Source: Octopus vulgaris (Eukaryota). From it: 64,000 bases of DNA. Location: the NCBI GenBank assembly GCA_951406725.2, contig OX597835.1, positions 24,800,001 to 24,864,000 on the forward strand, written 5' to 3'. The position numbers were made by a program, and so were the translations under genes. How positions within the stretch are numbered: the first letter of the stretch is position 1; every line of letters starts with the position of its first letter. The notes under the pieces are model-generated. The model saw only the letters and a list, made by a program, of their open reading frames with translations, searched no databases and had not been told where the DNA came from. Below, piece by piece: positions 54,531 to 64,000 of the stretch.

Positions 54531-55254
54531 ATTGTATAAACAATTGTGTTGCAGAAGTATAACCATTTTATTGCAGATAAAATTTTAACAACAAAATCTT
54601 TCGTGGACCCCCATTTGAGAACCGCTGTTCTATGGAGTTGCTTAAACTGCTAGAAATAGCAACCAAAGTTTCGCAAATCACACTCTACTGCCTTAGTAAA
54701 GGATACGTCAGATAATATAGATACTGAGTTCGTTGAGTAGATAAAAAATGGGGTGGTCATGGCTGGTAAGATTGATTTTTATGATTTACTCAGAAGGAAA
54801 GGAAAGAGCTTTTATATAGTTATTTAAATAGCTAGAAATAGCAACCAAGGTCCCGCAAATCACACCCTACTGCTTTAAGGACACGTTGGATAATATAGAT
54901 TCTAGGTTCCTTGAACATAGGAATAAGACGGGATGTTCATGGCTGGGAACATTAATTTTTTTTAATGATTTTGTCAGGTGTAAAAGGAAGTGTCACAGAT
55001 CCACCGAATCTGGTGACATTGATACAGTTTGAACATCTGTAAACTGACGTATTTAGGAAAAATGTGGGCGGCAAAGGTAATGCCAGATGGGTGAGTCTAA
55101 CGGTTACTGCAAGGCCTATGTGGGTGGTGGTGAGAGGAGAGACAAAGTGTCGATGACGATAGATGATATGTTATTTATATGATTGGGTTTGGTGGGGGTC
55201 GTTGTATAAATTTTGGGGACGATTGACTTACACCCTCGCCAGATTTAACAAACA

Positions 55255-55303
<49 letters not shown>

Positions 55304-55352
55304 GCACAAGGACAGAAGGTTCCTTTAGGGCATTCAGTTTTGTTGCAAATAT

Positions 55353-55559
55353 TCAGATCAAGTCTCCAGATGAATCTAGCTTTATTCTCCTACCTCCATC
55401 ACCACCACAACCACCACCACCGTCGCCGCCGTCACCGCTAGCAGCAGTAGGAGTCTCGCCAGGCCGTGAAAAAGAGGGCATTGCTCCTTCTTCACTTAGT
55501 GATGACGGTAGTCTCTCGTAATCCGCGAAAGACGATTCAGTAATTTCTTCCAGAACTAC
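55353..55559 (-). CDS. Candidate terminal coding exon of an unidentified host gene
   Basis: Acceptor attttgtgcAG, then an open frame VVLEEITESSFADYERLPSSLSEEGAMP...SSGDLI*; not repeated in the window; no TE motif. Confidence 0.45.
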   Translation of the reverse strand, partial: VVLEEITESSFADYERLPSSLSEEGAMPSFSRPGETPTAASGDGGDGGGGCGGDGGRRIKLDSSGDLI

Positions 55560-56662
55560 CTGCACAAAATATTTGTTTATAGTGAGCAAAGATTCGTGCC
55601 GCGCATTAGCTCACTCCCTCCGTCAAATCATGGAGGTGCGTGGCTTAGTGGTTAGGGCGTTGGACTCATGACCGTGAGATTGTGGTTTCGATTTCTGGAT
55701 CGGTGACGCGTTGTTGTTCTTGAGCAAGACACTTTATTTCACATTGCCCCAGTCCACTCAGCTGGCAAAAATGAATAACCTTGCGATGGACCAGCATCCC
55801 ATCCAAGTAGGGAATTTAAATGCCATGGAAACCGGCTCTTATGAGTAGGCATGACTCAAGAAGGTAACCTTTACCTTTACCCTATCAAATCGACGTTGTC
55901 TGAACAGGTGCACGGTGTACCACACGTCAGGTGTGGAAATGATCGCAGAGCAACACGAGATGAAGTGATCTGCTCAAAAACAAAACGGCATCACTCGATC
56001 CAAGAATTGAACCCACAATTTCGTGATCGTGAGTGCAACAACACCCTAACCACCAGACGATGCATCCTTGACTAACAAAACTACTAAGAAGCCCTTACAG
56101 GGGGTCCGAAGACTTAATATGTCTTTACCCACCAGTCGGGTGACATTAAGACGGCAAATTGGCGTAATCAGTAGAGCATCAGATGAAATGTTTTTCGACA
56201 TCTGTTCCGGTCTTCTGCAAACTTTGTTCGAATCCCGCCGATGTGAACTTTACTTTTTATTGCTTCTGGGTCGATAAATAAAGTAGCAGTCAAAGATAGG
56301 GGTCGCCTTCTCAGAGACATTGTGATGTCATTAGCCACTTTGATATTGTGATACTATTAATCATTGAATATGGCGGCGAGCTGGCAGAATCGTTAGCACG
56401 CAGGGCAAAGTACTTAGCGGCATTTTATCCATCTGTAACATTCTCAGTTCAAATTCCGCCAAGGTCGACTTTTGTGGTCAATAAAATAAGCGCTAGTCAA
56501 GCACTGGAGTCGATGTAATCAACTTACTCCTCCCCTGATAAGTGCTGGCCTTGTGTTGAAATTTGAAACTGATATCATAAACCACTGTGATACTGTGACG
56601 TCATTAGGCACTGGGATGTTTTATCATTAGCTATTATAATGTTGCTTGTTAAGATTATCTCT

Positions 56663-57045
56663 ACAGGCGTGGCTGTGAGGTAAGAAGCTTGCTTCCCAAC
56701 CACATGGTTCCGGCTTCAATTCACCTTGGGCAAGTGTCTTTTACTATAGCCTCGGGCCGACCAAAGCCTTGCGAGTGGATTTGGTAGACGGAAACTGAAA
56801 GAAGCCTGTCGTATATGCATGTATATATGTATGTGTGTATGTATGTGTGTTTGTGTCTGTGTTTGTCCCTCCACTATCGCTTGACAACCGATCTTGATGT
56901 GTTTAAGTCTCCATAACTTACCGGTTCGGCAAAAGAGGCCGATAGAGTAAGTCCAGGGTTGATTTCTTCGATTAAAACGCGGTGCTCCAGCATGGCCACA
57001 GTCAAAATGACCGAAACAAGTTAAAGAATAAAAGAATAAAGAATA
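56663..57045 (+). mobile_element. SINE family A
   Basis: Matches 1005-1425. Confidence 0.85.
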
Positions 57046-58314
57046 AGATATCCCATAGAAATTATGGCCAGCACTGACGTTTGCAACGACGTTTCGTATA
57101 CGAGGCGTCAGATGTAAATAAACAACAAGATGGAAGATGAGAAAAGGGTAATGATTGCATATGCCATATTTCTGGGAATGGGGTGCCCCTTCTTCATCAC
57201 CCATCCAACCCTTTAATCATCCTCCGAACTCATTGCTCCAATAGCCATTGTATACAGCTGTGTTTGGTTATTGGATACACCAATTTGCATATTAAACGCA
57301 TTCCTGGAAGTTGGTACAAGGCCAGCAGTCTCAGGAGAGTGGCTAAGTCGATTACATCGACCTCAGTACACAACTGGTACTTATTCTATCGAGTCCGAAA
57401 GAAGGAAAGGCAAAATTGACTCGGCGGGATTTGAACTCGGAATGTAGAGACGGACGAAATGCCACTAATTATTTTGTCCGGCATGCTGTCTTATAGCTAT
57501 TGTAATATTGTGATATTAGCAAAGCGGTTAGCTGGCAGAATCGTTAGCACGCCGGGCGAAATGATTAGCAGTCGGAAGATTCTTACATGGTCTTGTATAT
57601 ACAATTCCCGTGATGTAGTCTTAGATACACAATGCCTGATAATAAGATGGGTTGGTCATGACTGGAACGCCATTGATTATAGGACTGCTGTTTCAGAGTT
57701 GCCCTGGCGCTGAAGTACATAAAAAATAATACCTTCTACTTACTTACTGAGACTGTTAGAAATAGCAGTCTAATCTGCCTTAAATTCTTGAAGTTTTCGG
57801 AAAGGAAAGGAATGACGCATTTGACCGTATGGTCCCTCGCATACATAAAAAAATGACGAGACTGTCATGTCTGGATTGTCTTTCATCATAGGTCAGCTTG
57901 ATCGGGAGCTGACTTTGGGTTAAACAAAACAACAAAATCAACATCAACAACATCAAGAGCAATCTTCACAACCTCCTACCAACACCACCACCACCACCAC
58001 CATCACCACACACCACTACTTTCGCTGCCGCCACCGCCTATACAATCACCACCACCACCACCACACTATCACCACTACTACGATCTACTACAAACACCAA
58101 CACCATCACCATTACCTCCACCATCACTACCACTACCACCATCACCTCCAGCACATCCACCACTACCATCACCATCACCACCGTCGCTGCCTCCGCCAAC
58201 TCCACCATCACCACCACCTCCACCACCTCCACTACCATCAATACCACCACCATCACCACCTCCGCAACATCCACCACTACCATTACCGCCGCCACCACCA
58301 CCACCACCATGTAC

Positions 58315-58402
58315 CATTGCTACGCTGCCAAAAGTTTTCCTCCTATTCTTGAAGAATATGGGTAAATGTTCAAACAGCTTTGTTATTTTGGAGTTAATTG
58401 TT
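58315..58402 (-). CDS. Candidate internal coding exon (88 nt) of the same gene
   Basis: Acceptor gtgtttgtcttttctAG; 1 nt then TINSKITKLFEHLPIFFKNRRKTFGSVAM; donor GTacat; ends in phase 0, matching the exon at 55559. Confidence 0.42.
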
Positions 58403-58817
58403 CTAGAAAAGACAAACACAACATAAGCTAAAACAATAGAAGGAACGTGTTTCTCGGGTAGGGAGGGTGTCTGAGCGGGGTGGCTCACGGGTAGGTGTTT
58501 CGGAGGAGGGGTTGCTGAGGGAACTTGTCGGGTGGTGTTTAAATGGATAGTATTTCAATTCGTTTGTTTCATGCCATGTGCCACGCAAAGGTTTCCTTTC
58601 TACCCGTGTACCCGTGTATCATCCATCAACCCACCCACGCCCACCACCATACACCATTGTACACCTCACCTTTTTTTTCTTTACATTTATATCTCCTTCC
58701 GCACTCTTTCTCTTTCCTCTCTCTCTCTCTCCTCTCTCACTCGCTCTTTCAGTATATGTCTCTATCTAACTCTCCCTCTCTCTCTTCTTCCTGTATAATT
58801 ATCTATTGATATGTCGG

Positions 58818-58880
<63 letters not shown>

Positions 58881-58950
58881 CTTGCATATGTATGTGCATA
58901 TACGTATATATGTGTGTATATGAATATATGTGTGTATAGATAGACAAAAA

Positions 58951-59014
<64 letters not shown>

Positions 59015-59432
59015 GTATTCATTTGTGTGCACATGTTAGAACAGAATTACTTAGGGAAACAAAAATATTTTCACTAATGCCTTATTTCAATTTCCTTTCT
59101 ACCCGGGTATCCGTGTAACATTCATCAAATCACACATACACACTAAACCTTTTTTACATTTTTGTTTCTCTCAGATGTTCAGTCTATCTGTCTGTCAAAC
59201 TCTCTCTCTCTCACCTTCTTTCTCTCTCCGTATCATTCTCTCTCTCTCCCTCTCTCCATCTTTCTCATTTCCACTTATTTTCGCTTTCTCTTTCTCCTTT
59301 TTTCTACATGTATAGTTATTGATTTATTATGTATTACATGTACGTACGTACGTATGTATGTATGTATGTATGTATGTATGTATGTATGTATGTATGTATG
59401 TATGTATGTATGTATGTATGTATGTATGTATG

Positions 59433-60062
59433 TCTCTTCTATTTTTTATTATTATAAAACTTCCACTGAGGAGGGAGCCAGTTTCCAACAAAGACACAAG
59501 GCTCCATCTTTGGGATGTACTTAACACAGACAAATTCACATTTGGAACTTGAGAAAAGTCTTGCATATTTTTATTGTTCCACTCACAGATTGCACTTGTA
59601 ATGAAAAAAATCAGTTTATCCAGATTCTTCTTTAAGCATTTACTAACAAAACCTAGTGCTCCAATTATTATTGGTATGAATATGAATTCATAGTCTGGAT
59701 ATAGAAGCTGAAGGTTTCGAAGCAGTTGTCCATAGATATCCTCTTTTCCTTTGATTTTCAAAAATATATATATATATCTGCCAGGCAGCCGACCTCTATG
59801 ATGCTACATACCTTTGCCTCTCTGTCCCAAACAATAAGATCCGGCCTGTTATGTTTACATTTGACAGAAGTTTTGATGGGAATATTCCACCAGTATTCCT
59901 TGAGTTGGTGCTTATGAATGAATTCCATAACAGAGGGAATTTCTAAGTTTATTTCAGAGCAGTCTTTTTTGTGGATGGCATTGTAAATTGTTTTATCTAC
60001 AACATCATACCGCATAGGACATTTTAGGACAGCTGCTAATCACATACGTGATGTCTTCCACA
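59433..60062 (-). pseudogene. R4-like RLE LINE fragment between (CATA)n arrays
   Basis: VISSCPKM (zinc-knuckle remnant), RYDVV, HNRPDLIVWD...IIEV (PD-(D/E)xK-type nuclease), IPIIIGALG; frameshifted. Confidence 0.82.
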
Positions 60063-60096
60063 CATACATACATACATACATACATACATACATACA

Positions 60097-60130
<34 letters not shown>

Positions 60131-60540
60131 CATACAGGTGTGGCTGTGTGGTAAGAAGCTTGCTTCCCATTCACATGGTTCCGGGCTCAATCCCACTGGG
60201 TGGCACCTTGGGCAAGGGTCTTCTTCTATAGCCCCGAGCCGACCAAAACCTTGTGAGTGGAATTGGTAGACAGAAACTGAAAGAAACCCATCGTATATTA
60301 TATATATATATATATATATATATTAATGTCTATTTACCAACGTAAAGTGAGAGTCCTGCTTAGAACGATGTTAGTACTGTTTAGCCCTAGGAAAAATCTT
60401 TTTCCAGCTGGTTACCGACAGATCATGTGTGTCTGTATAGTGTGAGAAAGGTAGCTAACGTTCCCCCTCCAGCCTTAACGATACCTGCAGACCAATGGCT
60501 TCTGGGTTATTTCCTATCTTCGGTGCAGGACAGTTGCTGG

Positions 60541-60579
<39 letters not shown>

Positions 60580-60580
60580 C

Positions 60581-60669
<89 letters not shown>

Positions 60670-61544
60670 CGCGTCTTTGTGTCTGTGTTTGTCCCACTAC
60701 CACCACCGCTTGACAACCGGTGTCAGTGTCTTTACGACACCCGTAACTTAGCAGTTCAGCAAAAGAGCCCGATAGAAATAGTATCAGGTTTTTAAAAAAA
60801 GTGCCAGACTTTAAAAGAAACCTTGGGGTCAATTTATTTGACTAAAAACCCTTCGAGGTGGTGCCCCAGCATGACCGCAGCCAGATGACTGAAACAAATA
60901 AAAGATAAAAGATACACACAGATACATACATAATGCATACATGCATACATGCATACATGCATACATACATACATACATACATACATACATACATACATAC
61001 ATACATACATACATACATACATACATACATACATACATACATACATACGTACGTACGTACATGCGTATATCTTTTTCACCGTCTAATTAACAACAGAAAA
61101 GAAAAAAAATTGACGGCAGTTTAGATTGGAAGCTGTAGGTAAGGTGGGATGAGGATAGCCGTCATTGTAAATTTACAGATGGATGACAGAAAACTTTGAA
61201 AGGTTTGCAGTCACGTGTTACAGAAGCTGGCGGGAAAAACATTTTTTTCTCTTTTTATTCCTTCACTGCCGAACAGCATCTTACGTATGCTTTCATCTTG
61301 AGACAACAGACAACAAAGTTAACGAAGAGTAAACATTCACACATACTTTCTCATACACGGACACACATATATAGATATCGTCGTACATATACAAATACAT
61401 GTATGTGTGTGTATATATGTGTGTGTGTGTATTTACATATATAATATATATTTAAGTACATATATGTATGCATTTATATATACGTACATATATATTGGTA
61501 TGTATGTATATGTATATTATGTTTCTGTAAATATATATGTATAC

Positions 61545-61593
<49 letters not shown>

Positions 61594-61644
61594 CATATAT
61601 ATATATATTATATATATACATATATATATATATGTGTGTGTATG

Positions 61645-61687
<43 letters not shown>

Positions 61688-61740
61688 TTATATATATATA
61701 CATACATATAGATACATACATACATACATACATACATACA

Positions 61741-61772
<32 letters not shown>

Positions 61773-61789
61773 CATATATATTGCTAAGC

Positions 61790-62320
61790 ACTTCTACTTT
61801 GATCATCAATAAATGCGAGCTGGAAGCAGTCCACATTTGCTGCATAACTTGCCTCCATCTTCTAAGACTCTCTTGAGTCTGAGAACAGCAGACGTATTAA
61901 AAGAGCAATTTCAACACTAGCAAGGCAGACAACAAGAGTCTTGGGGAACGGTAGGCTATCGCTGCAAACTAAAGTTACACTTTACGGAGCTTGCGTACCC
62001 ATCACACTGCGTTGTAGTAGTGAGACCTGGGGCATCTAATCAAGATGAGGACAGATACTTACTGTCTTCTTCCTACGCAGCCTACGAAGGGGTCCGAACG
62101 GCGAAGAATCTGAGTGAGTTATCCATAATGAAGTATTGGTTCCTGCGTGAATACCCTGCATTTTCTACCCATTACTATGACAACAACGCCTTGGCTGGGT
62201 GGGATGTGTACATAACTGGAAAGAGGCGATTTAGCGCAGCTATCGTGGCGCTGACGATTTGGCATAGCAGACTGGAAGTTCAACATGTTTAGGCGATAGT
62301 GTTTTTCGGCGCTGGAGCAA
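61790..62320 (+). pseudogene. RTE-clade LINE remnant
   Basis: LSLQTKVTLYGACVPITLRCSSETW resembles the RTE post-RT motif (TK...Y...V...L.Y.SETW). Confidence 0.6.
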
Positions 62321-62398
62321 AAGCGTGCGTGCGCACACACATACATGCACACACAAACGCACAGAAAGACAGACAAACACACATGCACAAACACACGC

Positions 62399-62446
<48 letters not shown>

Positions 62447-62456
<10 letters not shown>

Positions 62457-62617
62457 TGTTACATTACTCAATAGTCAAGATAAAACTCTGAGTTTCAGAT
62501 GCCGAAGTGGAAATCCACAACACCATCTCTTCGAAGGGATGGTGTTATGGATTTCCACTTCGATATCTGAAACTCAGACTTTTATCGTGACTATTGAGTA
62601 ATGTAACATATTATTTT
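62447..62617. repeat. Imperfect palindrome (~85-bp arms, centre ttcgaa) with a unique tail to ~62690, in (TA)n
   Basis: aataatatgttacattactcaatagtc mirrors gactattgagtaatgtaacatattatt; related fragment at ~47020-47100. Confidence 0.82.
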
Positions 62618-62715
62618 ATAGATAAATTTCCTCTATTTACATAATATTGAGGTCTCTTTCTTTCTCTTGTTATCTTACCGTTTTTACCAATATATATATA
62701 TATATATATATATAA

Positions 62716-62900
62716 ATTATATAAAATCCGCTCTATCTGTCTGTCTGTGTCGTCTAGGATCTCGGGCATCCTCCATCCGATTGCGCTCAAATTTGATATG
62801 TAGATACCGACGGTATCAGGGCGTGTATAAGTCTTGAAAAATTTACAAAAAACAATTCCAGGTGAGAATGCGATCGATAAAGCCGCGGGAACGTGCATTT
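62716..62900 (+). mobile_element. Helitron-like 5' fragment
   Basis: tatataaaa, (tctg)n, ccgattgcgctcaaattt layout typical of non-autonomous Helitron heads; no 3' end seen. Confidence 0.4.
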
Positions 62901-62959
62901 GTACGCGCAAGTACATCAGCTGTTGCGATCGATACTAGAGAATATAAGAAATTTGGGAT

Positions 62960-63278
62960 TTTTATTTCTAGTGCAAGAGTCTATGTGGTCACAGAGTGTA
63001 ATTTGACGGTATTGTGGGAGATTTATTTATTCTTTATGGACTGCTACTCTTCTGCGTAAATGGAGGCATATATATATCTGTCTTTGTACTTCAACTGCGT
63101 TTTCATACTTCCAGTAGCATTTTAGAATGAATTTCGTTTGTTCAAAGCTCACTCAATCTGCCATCATTAATTCCACCGGGATTGATCCAATAAGAAAAAA
63201 CATCAATTGATCCAATAAGAAAAAACATCAATTGAGTTATCAGCTGCTAAAGTGTGTATACATTTTTTAGGACACCCT
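62960..63278 (-). mobile_element. 5' end of a Tc1/mariner-type element
   Basis: TIR-like tagggtgtcctaaaaaatgtatacac; N-terminal SFEQTKFILKCYWKYENAVEVQRQ (helix-turn-helix type). Confidence 0.6.
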
Positions 63279-63684
63279 ATATATGTGTGCGCGCGCGACG
63301 CAAATATATATAAATATATGTGTGTATATATATAAATATATATATATATATAATATAAAGTTGTATGTACGTATATATATATATATATATATACATAGAT
63401 AGATGTTATATACTCCGGGATATCCATATGGTAAAAGTAACATATTCAGAATTATCCAACGGAATATTACTCTAAATACTTATCCATTCTATATTTTTGG
63501 GAGGAGAAATAATGTACATTATTTATAATGGGCGGATATCTTTGAAGATTATTACTGGATTTATATATTAACTGTTGAATAACCTATTTTGAATACCTGA
63601 GAGCAAACCGGTAAACGTTTGGACCAATCCTTTCCTATTTACAAATATATATCTATATACAGTGTGTATATATATATATCTGTT

Positions 63685-63895
63685 ACTCTTTTACTTGTTT
63701 CATCATGTGACTGTGGCCATGTTGGATCACCGCCTTTAGTCAAATAAATCGCCCCCAGGACTTATTCTTTGTAAGCCTAGTACTTATTCTATCGGTCTGT
63801 TTTGCCGAACCGCTAAGTTACAGGGGACGTAAACACACAAGCATCGGTTGTCAAGCGATGGGAGGACAAACACAGACACACAAACATATACACAA

Positions 63896-63948
<53 letters not shown>

Positions 63949-64000
63949 TACGACGGGCTTCTTTCAGTTTGCGTCTACCAAATCCAGTCACAAGGCATTG
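63685..64000 (-). mobile_element. SINE family A, runs off the window edge
   Basis: Reverse complement of the family A tail and body. Confidence 0.8.

Noticed and set aside
61279-61300. Possible 12-nt minus-strand microexon upstream of the 58402 exon
   Set aside because: The phase needed to join the next exon introduces a TGA stop.

Overview
Eukaryotic DNA dominated by microsatellites and transposable elements. The SINE and microsatellite make-up suggests a cephalopod (Octopus-like) genome; this is an inference. Nearly all ORFs in the track are translations of (TA)n, (CA)n, (CATA)n, (GATA)n or (GA)n runs. Supported content: (1) a near-complete Penelope-like retroelement (PLE, Neptune type: RT, Cys linker, GIY-YIG) on the minus strand at ~18.85-22.66 kb, with a minimal hammerhead ribozyme (HHR) motif near its 3' end; (2) several small (TA)n-embedded inverted-repeat elements with HHR motifs, the best being a perfect 335-bp palindrome (50541-50875) with a canonical HHR on both strands; (3) restriction-like-endonuclease LINE fragments in (TAA)n and (CATA)n; (4) a 5S rRNA copy fused to a repeat body; (5) Phantom/MULE, Tc1, maT, hAT and Helitron remnants, MITEs and many tRNA-derived SINEs; (6) two phase-compatible candidate exons of an unidentified minus-strand host gene (58402-58315, 55559-55353). 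All calls were made by eye, and boundaries of degenerate repeats are approximate.
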